A DNA stretch of 64,000 nucleotides from Thermodesulfovibrionales bacterium (GTDB taxonomy: Bacteria > Nitrospirota > Thermodesulfovibrionia > Thermodesulfovibrionales > UBA6898), in NCBI GenBank assembly GCA_044450345.1, contig JBIOIY010000002.1, forward strand, positions 64,001 through 128,000. The letters are read 5' to 3'. Positions within the stretch are counted from its first letter, which is position 1. Each line of letters starts with the position of its first letter. The notes beneath the pieces were generated by a model, which was not told where the DNA came from, searched no databases, and saw only the letters and a list, made by a program, of their open reading frames with translations. Shown here one piece after another: positions 8,609 through 17,749 of the stretch. The translations under genes were made by a program, and so were the position numbers.

Positions 8609-9959
8609 GTTAAGGCTGACCATAATCTACACGCTCGTAGTTGCGGGAATACTTTCCGTGTTTGCGACTGCGATTTACTTTCAATACAGGCACAGCTTGT
8701 CGAAAGAGATTGATAGCTACCTGATTAAGGAAGCAAACGAGGAGATCCTCGTCGAGAGCAACCCTAAACTCCCCCCTAAAAACCGCCAGGTCATAAAGAG
8801 GTTCGGTGACGAGTTCTTTGAGGTCATCGACAACAAAGGGCAGGTACTCATTACGTCGCTGAGCGCAGAGAATCAGCGCTGGCCGCTCGACAGCGAAACG
8901 CTGCTGAAAGCATTCAAGGGGGTTCCCCAGTTCAGCACCGTTTATTTCAGAGGTGCGAATTACAGGATCCTTTACTTTCCGATCAACGCGGAAAAGATAT
9001 TGAGGATAGTCTTGTCCCTGGGAGAGATCGAGGGAAGCATCAGAAGCCTGAGGAATCTCTTTCTCCTCTCTCTCCCGTTTGTCGTGTCTATGTCCTTCGC
9101 CGCCAGTTGGTTTCTTTCCGGCAAGGCCCTGTCGCCTATTATAAAAATCAGCTCGCTTGCGAGTCAGGTAAGAGAGGGAAGGCTGGTCAAGAGGATTGAA
9201 ATGGAGACAAAAGGTAAAGAAATTCAGGACCTGGTGGTCATCTTCAACGAGATGCTCGACGGCATCCAGCACTCTGTCGAGTCGCAAAAGCGATTCACCG
9301 CGGCGGTTTCGCACGAGGTGAGATCTCCCCTTACCTCCTTAAGGGGGAACATCGAAGTAGCATTAAGGAAGAAAAGGACCCCGGAGGAGTATGAGGACAT
9401 CTTAAATACAAACCTTTCCGATATTATAAGACTTTCAAGAATTACGGATAACCTCCTTTTCTTTACCAAGGCCGATAATAATATCCTCGAATTGAGGAAG
9501 CAGTGGTTTGAGGTCTCACATCTACTGCAAAATATTGTTGAGCGCCTAAAATACAGGGCTTCAGCTGCGGGGATCACAATCTCTGAGTCTTATCAGGACG
9601 GGATCGAGATGCGCGGCGATCTTGATCTCCTCGAACAGGCATTTTCCAATATCGTCGAGAACGCAATCAATTATACTCCTTCCGGAGGGATGATATCGGT
9701 GACTTCGAATAGAGAAGATGATAAGATCATCATTTCGATCAGCGATACGGGGATTGGAATCCCTGAAGACGAAATACCCCACTTATTTGAAAGGTTTTAC
9801 AGGGTCAATAAGGAGCGTTCGAGAAAGTCAGGGGGGACGGGACTCGGTCTCTCTATAACAGAGTGGGTCCTCAACGCCCATGACGGAAAGATTGAGGTAA
9901 AGAGTACCCTGGGGGCGGGCAGCGAGTTCATTACCTCATTCCCGGTCTCTAAGGATTAA
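8589..9959 (+). CDS. Sensor histidine kinase (CusS-like; two TM helices, HAMP)
   Basis: SHEVRSPL H-box, ENAINYT N-box, DTGIGI, FERFYR, GTGLGL. Confidence 0.93.
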   Translation: MIVRTFRLRLTIIYTLVVAGILSVFATAIYFQYRHSLSKEIDSYLIKEANEEILVESNPKLPPKNRQVIKRFGDEFFEVIDNKGQVLITSLSAENQRWPLDSETLLKAFKGVPQFSTVYFRGANYRILYFPINAEKILRIVLSLGEIEGSIRSLRNLFLLSLPFVVSMSFAASWFLSGKALSPIIKISSLASQVREGRLVKRIEMETKGKEIQDLVVIFNEMLDGIQHSVESQKRFTAAVSHEVRSPLTSLRGNIEVALRKKRTPEEYEDILNTNLSDIIRLSRITDNLLFFTKADNNILELRKQWFEVSHLLQNIVERLKYRASAAGITISESYQDGIEMRGDLDLLEQAFSNIVENAINYTPSGGMISVTSNREDDKIIISISDTGIGIPEDEIPHLFERFYRVNKERSRKSGGTGLGLSITEWVLNAHDGKIEVKSTLGAGSEFITSFPVSKD

Positions 9960-10971
9960 ACTCACCCGCTTCTTTCATCTCTCTACAGTCCACCGGGGAT
10001 AGTCGCAGCTCGCCGATAATGTCAAGCATCTGTTTCTTTGTTATCGCGTGAAACGCTTTTTCTCTGAGAGGTTTCGATCCATAAAGGGACCTTGTGTACC
10101 ATGCATAAAATTTTCTGAAGAGCTTGGTCCCCGTCGCTTCACCCTGGAAATCGCAACACATGGCAAGATGATCAGTCATGGTATCTATAATGTCTCGGAT
10201 ATGGGGTCTCTCTGAGATAGTTCCCTTTTCCAGAAATTCCTCCGTCTCTTTGAATATCCACGGGTTTCCCAGAGCCCCTCTTGCGATGGTAACACCGTCA
10301 CAGCCGGTCTCATCGAACAACTTCTTTATCAGCAGGGGAGAGAGGGCGTCACCACTGGCTATCACCGGAATGTCGATTGCCGCCTTCACCTCTGCAATAA
10401 TTCGGTAATCTACGCTGCCGCCATACCTCTGCGACCGCGTCCGTCCGTGGATAAAAAGGGCCTTTATACCGGCCTCATACGCATACAGAGCAACATCCCT
10501 TGCATTGACAGAGCACTCGTCCCAGCCGGACCGTATTTTAAGAGTGACAGGAAGCGGAGAGTTGTTCACCAATGTCCTCAGGATGTCCCGCAGCTTTACC
10601 GGGTCTCTCATAAGGGCGGCGCCTTCACCCTTGCGAATTACCTTTTCGACAGGACAGGCGGCGTTTATATTCAGAAGATCGAAATCCGAAGTGCGCAGGA
10701 TGTCCAGCGCCTGCTTCATGACCTTTTTATCATCTCCCAGAAGCTGGACCCCGAGGGGCCTGTCGGTAGAATTCGTTGACAGCATTTTCCTGGTGTTTTC
10801 ACTTTGATAAACCAGGGAACGGGCGCTGATCATCTCAGCGAAAGCGAAGCCGCATCCGAATGACCGGTTCAACATCCTGAAGGGAAGGTCACTTATTCCC
10901 GCCAGCGGGGCAAGCATCAGAGAGGGAAATTCTTTTCCGTCAATTAATAATGGCACGCTACTATTGTACAA
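9949..10971 (-). CDS. dusB: tRNA-dihydrouridine synthase
   Basis: LAPLAGISD, NAACP, GAALM, IHGRT, ARGALGNPWIF motifs. Confidence 0.9.
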   Translation of the reverse strand: MYNSSVPLLIDGKEFPSLMLAPLAGISDLPFRMLNRSFGCGFAFAEMISARSLVYQSENTRKMLSTNSTDRPLGVQLLGDDKKVMKQALDILRTSDFDLLNINAACPVEKVIRKGEGAALMRDPVKLRDILRTLVNNSPLPVTLKIRSGWDECSVNARDVALYAYEAGIKALFIHGRTRSQRYGGSVDYRIIAEVKAAIDIPVIASGDALSPLLIKKLFDETGCDGVTIARGALGNPWIFKETEEFLEKGTISERPHIRDIIDTMTDHLAMCCDFQGEATGTKLFRKFYAWYTRSLYGSKPLREKAFHAITKKQMLDIIGELRLSPVDCREMKEAGEFNP

Positions 10972-11094
10972 GAATGCATCCCCATAGTGAAAATTCGAAA
11001 ACCGCGGCGGCGCCCGGGCACTAAGCGATGTAACTTATCCTTGAAAAGTTGTTATAATGAAATCAAAATTCTCCATAAGAGAAAAGGAGAGGTT

Positions 11095-11352
11095 ATGGCA
11101 AAGGTAATTACTTACGAATGCAAAGAGTGCGGTTGTGAGATCGTGGTAAGTGGAACACACGAGTCCCCTCTGCGGCCTATTTACTGCTGCGGGATCGAGG
11201 TTGCAAAAATCTCTTCTGCGAAGAACCCCGAAAAAAAGAAAACAACAAAGAGACCGGTCCCGAAGGCGGTCAGGAAAGTGGCGATAAAGACGGCAGCAGG
11301 GAAGCCGGCCAAAAAAAAGGCGCCTGCTCGGAAGAAGACGTCTCGAAAGTAG
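11095..11352 (+). CDS. Small protein: desulforedoxin-like Cys domain plus Lys/Ala/Pro-rich tail
   Basis: RBS AGGAGAGG; YECKECG...IYCCG followed by KKKTTKRPVPKAVRK...KPAKKKAPARKKTSRK. Confidence 0.7.
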   Translation: MAKVITYECKECGCEIVVSGTHESPLRPIYCCGIEVAKISSAKNPEKKKTTKRPVPKAVRKVAIKTAAGKPAKKKAPARKKTSRK

Positions 11353-11362
11353 GGCATCATTT

Positions 11363-11704
11363 GTGCAGTCGAACATACGTGAAATAGAAAGGTTGCTTTC
11401 CGTCTATCGTTTTTGGGGGCTTGCTGCTGTGGCATTTTTTGTGCTTTTTCTTCTATCGATCTTCACCGTTATATCAAGCACAGGGATCAACTACCTGCTG
11501 ATTGCCGCGCCGCTTTTTTTCGGCTTTCTCTGGATTGGGACGACATCTCTAAGCCGCCATTCTCTTGTTCAGCTCAAACAATCCATCGACAAAGAGGTGG
11601 GCCTGCTTGAGTTTGTCTCGACGCAATTTGTTTTTGCACTCTTTCCCTTTACGTATAGGGAGTTAAAAAAAGAAGTTGCACTGTACGAAAGCTCCTGCCG
11701 TTAA
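11363..11704 (+). CDS. Hypothetical membrane protein
   Basis: Two to three hydrophobic segments; fills the gap between neighbouring genes. Confidence 0.55.
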   Translation: MQSNIREIERLLSVYRFWGLAAVAFFVLFLLSIFTVISSTGINYLLIAAPLFFGFLWIGTTSLSRHSLVQLKQSIDKEVGLLEFVSTQFVFALFPFTYRELKKEVALYESSCR

Positions 11705-11733
11705 AGGGCAAGGATGATCCGGTTAAACGGAAA

Positions 11734-12654
11734 TCATCTGCCGTTGAGAAGTTCTTCTATTGTGATCACCACGGATTCTCCCAGGGACACAAGGTCATAG
11801 CCGCCTTCAAGGCAAAAGATAAAGGGTATGTCTTTCCGGGAGCTTATTATCGACCTGACGATATTCCTGACACCTTCGTTGGTGACCCTTATACCGGCAA
11901 GCGGGTCTTTAACATGAAGGTCATAGCCGGCCGACACGAGGACAATATCGGGCGAGAAATTGCTCACCAGAGGAGGAAGAAAGTCATGGAAGGCGGCAAA
12001 ATAGTCCTTATCGCCTGAGCCATGGCGCATCGGGACATTGCAGGTAAAGCCTTTTCCCTTTTCTTTCCCGTGCTCTAAGTCGCTCCCGGTTCCGGGATAA
12101 TGGGGATACTGGTGAGTGCTGAAATAGAAAACAGAATCGTCCTCTTCAAATATATGCTGAGTGCCGTTACCATGATGAACGTCGAAATCTATCACAAAGA
12201 CCTTGTTATAGCCGATCTTCTGGGCATGTCGCGCGCCTATCGCCACATTGTTGAATATGCAGAAACCCATGGCCCGATTTGCTTCAGCGTGGTGGCCAGG
12301 CGGTCTCACTGCGCAAAAAGCTCCGTCCAGATATCCCTCCCTGCACTTGTCGATAGCACTTGTTACAGCGCCCGCTGCGAAAAGGGCCGCCTCGATGGAA
12401 TGGGGTGAGATGTAAGTGTCGGCGTCGTAATAGCCGGTAAAGGCAACTATCTTTTCATAATATGGAGCCGTATGGACCAAAAGGATATCTTCAGTTGTGG
12501 CCTTATGGGGTGAAAGATGAATAAGTCCTTCCCACAAGTCCACTTTCCTGAGAGCGTCTGTGATTGCAATGAGCCTCTCCTTTGACTCAGGATGGCCGGG
12601 CGGGGTATCGTGACGAAGAAATACGTCGTCATAGATGAATCCTATCTTCTTCAT
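11734..12654 (-). CDS. Histone deacetylase family (AcuC/AphA-like) Zn amidohydrolase
   Basis: HPES..RL, RPPGHHA, GFCIFNN, DFDVHHGNGTQ, SAGYD, LEGGY. Confidence 0.93.
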   Translation of the reverse strand: MKKIGFIYDDVFLRHDTPPGHPESKERLIAITDALRKVDLWEGLIHLSPHKATTEDILLVHTAPYYEKIVAFTGYYDADTYISPHSIEAALFAAGAVTSAIDKCREGYLDGAFCAVRPPGHHAEANRAMGFCIFNNVAIGARHAQKIGYNKVFVIDFDVHHGNGTQHIFEEDDSVFYFSTHQYPHYPGTGSDLEHGKEKGKGFTCNVPMRHGSGDKDYFAAFHDFLPPLVSNFSPDIVLVSAGYDLHVKDPLAGIRVTNEGVRNIVRSIISSRKDIPFIFCLEGGYDLVSLGESVVITIEELLNGR

Positions 12655-12768
12655 TGGCACTCAATTTTATCACGCAGCATGAAAAAAATAAATATCGGTG
12701 AAGAGCGCAGGGTTGTAGGCCTGATGGAAGCATATTATGATGGAATCCACAAGTGAAATTTAACATTG

Positions 12769-12796
12769 TAAAGGGCAGGGGAGGCCCTGCCCTTAT
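12769..12796 (-). terminator. Probable intrinsic terminator downstream of fhs
   Basis: AAGGGCAGGG-GAGG-CCCTGCCCTT 10-bp inverted repeat about 20 nt after the fhs stop. Confidence 0.65.
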
Positions 12797-12817
12797 TTAA
12801 ATATTATCGCCTAGTTC

Positions 12818-14581
12818 TTAGAACAATCCACTCACCTTTCCGGTATTGACATCTACGTCGACCCTTCTGAAGGCCGGATTGGAACTCGTTCCGGGCATGA
12901 GGCTGATCGTTCCGGCGCATGGGCAGAGAAACTTGGCCCCGGAGTAAATCAAGACGTCCCTGATCGGCAGGGTCCAGCCTTTGGGCACTCCCTTGACGAC
13001 CGGGTCGTGTGTGAGGCTTAGGTGAGTCTTGACCATCATGGTGGCGAAGTCCGCATATTTGGGATCGCCTTCAAGCATCTTGGCCTTTGCCTCGGCCTCC
13101 GGCAGCCAGGAGACCCCGTCTGCACCGTACACTTCTTTGGCGATGAGCGCCACACGGTCGCGCAACTTCATCTCCAGGGGGTAGAGGAATTTGAAATCGT
13201 TTTTCTCGTTGCAGGCGTCAATAACCGCATCCGCCAGTTCTAGAGCTCCCTCACCGCCCTTAAGCCAGTGCTGGGATTCGGCGCAGCGGGCGCCCGCTGC
13301 TTCAGCAGCTTTCTTGACCACGGCCACCTCTGCATCCGTATCAGTGTAGAAACGGTTGATGCAGACAACCGGGTTTATGCCCGACTTGCGGATGACGTTG
13401 ATCAAATGGACCATATTGGCACAGCCTTTTTCCACCAAGGCTACATTCTCCTTGGTGTACTCGTCGGGCAGGGCCTTGCCGGCCACTACCTTCGGACCAC
13501 CGCCGTGCATCTTCAGGGCGCGGACAGTAGCAGTAAGCACCGAGACATGAGGTTTGAGACCGCTGTTACGGCACTTGACATTCCAGAATTTCTCAAAGCC
13601 AATGTCGGCAGCAAAACCTGACTCGGTTACGTGGTAGTCAAACATCTTCAAACCGATGCGGTCGGCGATGATGGAGGATTGGCCCACAGCGATGTTGGCA
13701 AAAGGCCCTGCATGGACAAAGCAGGGGTTGTATTCAGCCGTGCACATCAGAGTGGGGTTGATGGTATTGCGCATCCATGCGGTCATAGCGTTGCCGACTT
13801 CCAGATCACCTGTAGTTACAGGATTGCCGCTCTTGTCAAAGGCGACTGTTATGTTATTAAGACGCTTTTTCAGGTCAGCAAGATCCCTGATTATAGAGAG
13901 GATCGCCATGCACTCTGACCCCACGGCAATACCGAACTTCGATTGCATCATAAAGCCGTCCTGTCGTCCGCCGAGTCCGATAACTATATTACGAAGAGAT
14001 TGGGCGCAGAAGTCCATGATCCATCCCATTTCTACGCGGGTAGGGTCGATGTCGAGCCTTCTCATTTTGGTTAGCCTTTGTAGCTGCTCGTCATTGTAGT
14101 TCCGCTCGTGCTGCATACGGGAGGTCAGCGCTACCATAGCCAGGTTGTGGGCGTTCATGATATCGTTTATGTCGCCGGTAAGACCCAGGGAAAACTCGGT
14201 CATCGGGATTAGCAGGGAGTTGCCACCGCCGGCTGCGGTGCCTTTGACGTTCATGGTAGGGCCGCCCGATGGCTGGCGCAGGCACCCGCCCACATTCACG
14301 CCCCGCTTGCCCAGACCTTCCATCAAACCGCATGAGGTAGTGCTTTTGCCTTCGCCCAAAGGGGTTGGGGTGATGGCTGTCACCTCGATGTACTTGCCGT
14401 CGGGTTTATTGTTGAGACGGTTGATAACCTTCAGAAAGTCAACCCTGCCCAGTCTGCCCATGGGCAGTATCTCGTCCTTTTGCAGTCCCAGCCGCTCGCG
14501 CCACTGTTCCGGGGTAGGCATGTTTTTCTCTGCTTCTTCGGAAATCTGCCAATCGGCTAATTTCGTTGCATCATACGGCAT
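12818..14581 (-). CDS. fhs: Formate--tetrahydrofolate ligase
   Basis: [57 protein letters not shown] before ATG 14581. Confidence 0.96.
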   Translation of the reverse strand: MPYDATKLADWQISEEAEKNMPTPEQWRERLGLQKDEILPMGRLGRVDFLKVINRLNNKPDGKYIEVTAITPTPLGEGKSTTSCGLMEGLGKRGVNVGGCLRQPSGGPTMNVKGTAAGGGNSLLIPMTEFSLGLTGDINDIMNAHNLAMVALTSRMQHERNYNDEQLQRLTKMRRLDIDPTRVEMGWIMDFCAQSLRNIVIGLGGRQDGFMMQSKFGIAVGSECMAILSIIRDLADLKKRLNNITVAFDKSGNPVTTGDLEVGNAMTAWMRNTINPTLMCTAEYNPCFVHAGPFANIAVGQSSIIADRIGLKMFDYHVTESGFAADIGFEKFWNVKCRNSGLKPHVSVLTATVRALKMHGGGPKVVAGKALPDEYTKENVALVEKGCANMVHLINVIRKSGINPVVCINRFYTDTDAEVAVVKKAAEAAGARCAESQHWLKGGEGALELADAVIDACNEKNDFKFLYPLEMKLRDRVALIAKEVYGADGVSWLPEAEAKAKMLEGDPKYADFATMMVKTHLSLTHDPVVKGVPKGWTLPIRDVLIYSGAKFLCPCAGTISLMPGTSSNPAFRRVDVDVNTGKVSGLF

Positions 14582-14970
14582 AGTAATTCCTCCTTTTTTT
14601 TGCTGATATTGTTTTTGCCCCCAGGCCCGGCCTGGACGGGGCAAGATAGTTACCTAATCATTACTTATGAAATGATAAGAAAAATTAATGATAAATGCAA
14701 GAAGAAAATCGCAAGTAATTCTCGGCTCGTCTAAGCACTCGTGCTGCCTATGCGTTTTCATCTAGCTTTTCTAAGACTTTTTCCATCTGAATACATTAAT
14801 ATAGAAACATGGATTTGAAAATTATCATATAAGAAGAAACACTGTCAAGGAAAAGAGGGGTTTTAGTTCATTAATAATATTAATAGATTTATTGCACCTG
14901 CATGGCGGACTCTCTGTTATTATATTGTCACAAATTCCGTTGTAAGAGCAATGAACCCGGAGGAAATAAA

Positions 14971-15927
14971 ATGCTGAAAATAAAGTCTTCACTGGTTGTT
15001 ATTTTTTTCGTCTTTTTCGCTGTACCCAGTCAGGCGAGCATACTCCTGGACAAAGTAGCGGCCGTTGTAAACCAGGAAGTAATAACGTGGAGCGAGTTAT
15101 ACAAGTCTATGGAAGCCGACGCAGCCCCCCAGCTAAAGGAGATGAAGGAGAATGAGAGGCGTCAGGTCTTCAAGGAGAGTGAGGCGTCTTTTCTCGACAA
15201 TCTGATCAACGTAAAATTACAGCTTCAGGAGGCCCGGGGTCTGGGCATCAGCGTGACAGACGAGGAACTGAAAGAGGGTATCGATAATATCAAAAAAAAA
15301 TACTCTATGACCGATTCTGCTTTCATAGACTCACTTAAGAAGGAAGGGTATACCCTCGACGAATATAAAAAGAGACTTCGCGAACAGATCATGATAAGCA
15401 AAATCGTAAATATTCAGATCCGGAGCAAAATACTCGCATCTGAAGGGGAAATTAATAAGTTTGTGGATGAGAACAAAGAATTATTCGAATCGGGTGAGGG
15501 GTACAGGATAAGTCAGATCTTCTTTAAACGCCCAAAGGACGATAGAGAAAAGGGTGTTGTTGAAGAGAAGGCCGCTGCAATACTTAGGAAGCTGAAAGAG
15601 GGGATGAACTTTTCTGATCTGGCAAGACAGTATTCTGAAGACCCCTCGGCCCCGTCAGGTGGAGATCTCGGATTGATCAAAAAAGGTCAGATAGCCAAGG
15701 AGTTCTCAGAGGCTGTTTCAACTATGAAGCCGGGAGAGGTAAGTAGCCCTTTCTGGACGGCAAGAGGCCTGCACATCATCAGACTTAACGAAAAAATTGA
15801 CGCGAAAAGCCCCAATGAAATCAAAGAAGACGCAAAGACCGCTCTAATCAATAAAACATTTACAGAACGGTACAATGCCTGGATAAAAAGTCTGAGGGAA
15901 AAATCCTATATAGAAATCAGGCTCTAG
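14971..15927 (+). CDS. surA: SurA/PpiC-type periplasmic peptidyl-prolyl isomerase
   Basis: Signal peptide, DKVAAVVNQEVIT SurA N-domain, parvulin motif FSDLARQYSEDP..GGDLG. Confidence 0.82.
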   Translation: MLKIKSSLVVIFFVFFAVPSQASILLDKVAAVVNQEVITWSELYKSMEADAAPQLKEMKENERRQVFKESEASFLDNLINVKLQLQEARGLGISVTDEELKEGIDNIKKKYSMTDSAFIDSLKKEGYTLDEYKKRLREQIMISKIVNIQIRSKILASEGEINKFVDENKELFESGEGYRISQIFFKRPKDDREKGVVEEKAAAILRKLKEGMNFSDLARQYSEDPSAPSGGDLGLIKKGQIAKEFSEAVSTMKPGEVSSPFWTARGLHIIRLNEKIDAKSPNEIKEDAKTALINKTFTERYNAWIKSLREKSYIEIRL

Positions 15928-16027
15928 GCGTGGTTATTCTCTGCGATTTGTCAAATGCAGGCAGCAGCTATTTGATTTCTTCGGGAGGACCCCGGCGCTG
16001 CAACACTAAATTAACGGAGGAGGGGCG

Positions 16028-16684
16028 TTGGACAATCTCAGGGTAGGGGTTCTTGCATCGGGACGGGGTTCTAATTTCCAATCCATCATTGACGCGGTCG
16101 TGGCCGGATGTGTAAAGGCTGAATTGAAAGTCCTCATCACCGATAACCCAAAGGCGTTCGCTGTCGAAAGGGCGAAGAAGCACGGAATAGAGCACATAGT
16201 AATGAGGCCTAAGCAGTTTATTTCAAAGGACGGCTACTTTGGGGCGATCGCCGAAGAACTGAAAAGCAGGGATGTGGGACTTGTAGTCCTGGCCGGTTTT
16301 ATGCGCATCGTTGGAAAGCCACTGATCGATGCGTATCGTAACCGGATAATGAATATACACCCGGCTCTCTTGCCTTCCTTTCCGGGGTTACATGGCCAGC
16401 AACAGGCCCATGACTGCGGGGTAAAAATATCAGGTTGTACGGTTCATTTTGTCGACGAAGGGATGGATACGGGGCCGATCATCATCCAGGCCGCTGTCCC
16501 GGTAAGTGACGACGATACAGAAGAAACTTTATCGGAAAGGATTTTGAAGTTCGAACACAAAATCTATCCCGAGGCGATAAGACTTTTCTCGGAAGGCAGA
16601 CTGAGGGTAGTCGGCAGCAAAGTAGTCATAGAGGGCGCCGGCATGGCTGAAGAAGGCCTTATAAATCCCCGGCTATCAAAATAG
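16028..16684 (+). CDS. purN: Phosphoribosylglycinamide formyltransferase
   Basis: SGRGSNFQ, LAGFMRI, NIHPALLPSFPG, GCTVHFVDEGMDTGPII. Confidence 0.96.
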   Translation: MDNLRVGVLASGRGSNFQSIIDAVVAGCVKAELKVLITDNPKAFAVERAKKHGIEHIVMRPKQFISKDGYFGAIAEELKSRDVGLVVLAGFMRIVGKPLIDAYRNRIMNIHPALLPSFPGLHGQQQAHDCGVKISGCTVHFVDEGMDTGPIIIQAAVPVSDDDTEETLSERILKFEHKIYPEAIRLFSEGRLRVVGSKVVIEGAGMAEEGLINPRLSK

Positions 16685-17219
16685 TTTCAGTGTTATTCTT
16701 TTTTTCCAGTCTTTTCTTGAGAATACCCCTTGCATCAGCGAATAACTTGAGGATCAGATCGTCTCTGTAGTCATAGTATGTGTAGGGAAGAGGATTGAAC
16801 TTCCCTTCCTGATAAAACAGCTCAAGTTCACAGAACACGCCCCTGCCGAGGTAAATACGATGGGAATAATTCTTTCTCGATGCGAGAACAACCTTCGCAA
16901 GAGACATATAGCCCGGATCGAGATTAATCCGTCTATTCCCGCTTGTTGAAAATTCTTTTTCGATCTCGCACAATGCGAGCTTCGCATCTACGAGAAAAAT
17001 AGGGTCCACGATGTTCTCAAAAAACATGAAAGTACGGTAGAGTGGAGCACCCAGCTCTCCGTTGTAATAAGCGCTGAAATTCCAAGGCAGAGAAGGGCTT
17101 TCATAATAGACATGTCCGAACAGATCGCGGATTCTCGGGGCGGCGTTGTTAAAGTCTTCCTGCGAAGAAAAGAGCGATGCTATGAATATGACTGTTTCCT
17201 CGGGATAGTTCCGGCGCAT
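16659..17219 (-). CDS. Conserved hypothetical protein (DUF4416-like)
   Basis: RRINLDPGY...LAS.KNYSHRIYL motif. Confidence 0.75.
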   Translation of the reverse strand: MRRNYPEETVIFIASLFSSQEDFNNAAPRIRDLFGHVYYESPSLPWNFSAYYNGELGAPLYRTFMFFENIVDPIFLVDAKLALCEIEKEFSTSGNRRINLDPGYMSLAKVVLASRKNYSHRIYLGRGVFCELELFYQEGKFNPLPYTYYDYRDDLILKLFADARGILKKRLEKKNNTETILIAGDL

Positions 17220-17230
17220 GTCGGCTGCTT

Positions 17231-17743
17231 TCAGAACATCGCTTTGATCTGACTCTTCTCGTCAGGGGAGTTCCAGTCAGCTCCGCCTATTACTCGCCTG
17301 ACCAACACACCCTTCTTGTCGACAATATACGTCTCCGGAACACCCGTCACGCCGTAATTTCGTGCAGAGCTGCCGTCGGGGTCGACGTACACCGGAAACG
17401 TATAGCCGTTTGATTTCATATAACCGATGGCATTCCCCGGGCTGTCCTTATAAAGAATCGTAATCATTACAAAATCTTCTTTGCCCATCATCTCCCTGTA
17501 AAGGGCCTCGATGGAAGGCATCTCTTCCTTGCAGGGCTGGCACCAAGACGCCCAGAAATTGACAAAAATTATCTTGTTCTTCAGATCGGAAGAAAACAGC
17601 TCTTTGCCGCTCGCCGCATCTCTTACTTCAAAACCAGGTGCCTCCGACCCCTTCCCGATATTGCTGCTGCGGGTTGCGTTGAAAAAAAGAAAGGCCGCGC
17701 CTGCTAGAAGGAGGACGGCCAAAATTATGACCTTGTGTTTCAC
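17231..17743 (-). CDS. TlpA/ResA-family thiol-disulfide oxidoreductase
   Basis: N-terminal anchor, NFWASWCQPCKEEMP, GVPETY. Confidence 0.9.
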   Translation of the reverse strand: MKHKVIILAVLLLAGAAFLFFNATRSSNIGKGSEAPGFEVRDAASGKELFSSDLKNKIIFVNFWASWCQPCKEEMPSIEALYREMMGKEDFVMITILYKDSPGNAIGYMKSNGYTFPVYVDPDGSSARNYGVTGVPETYIVDKKGVLVRRVIGGADWNSPDEKSQIKAMF

Positions 17744-17749
17744 GAAAGC

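Noticed and set aside
14582..14900. ZMP/ZTP (pfl) or THF riboswitch upstream of fhs
   Set aside because: Only one hairpin is visible, and I could not find the conserved 5' aptamer elements by eye. An Rfam scan would settle it.
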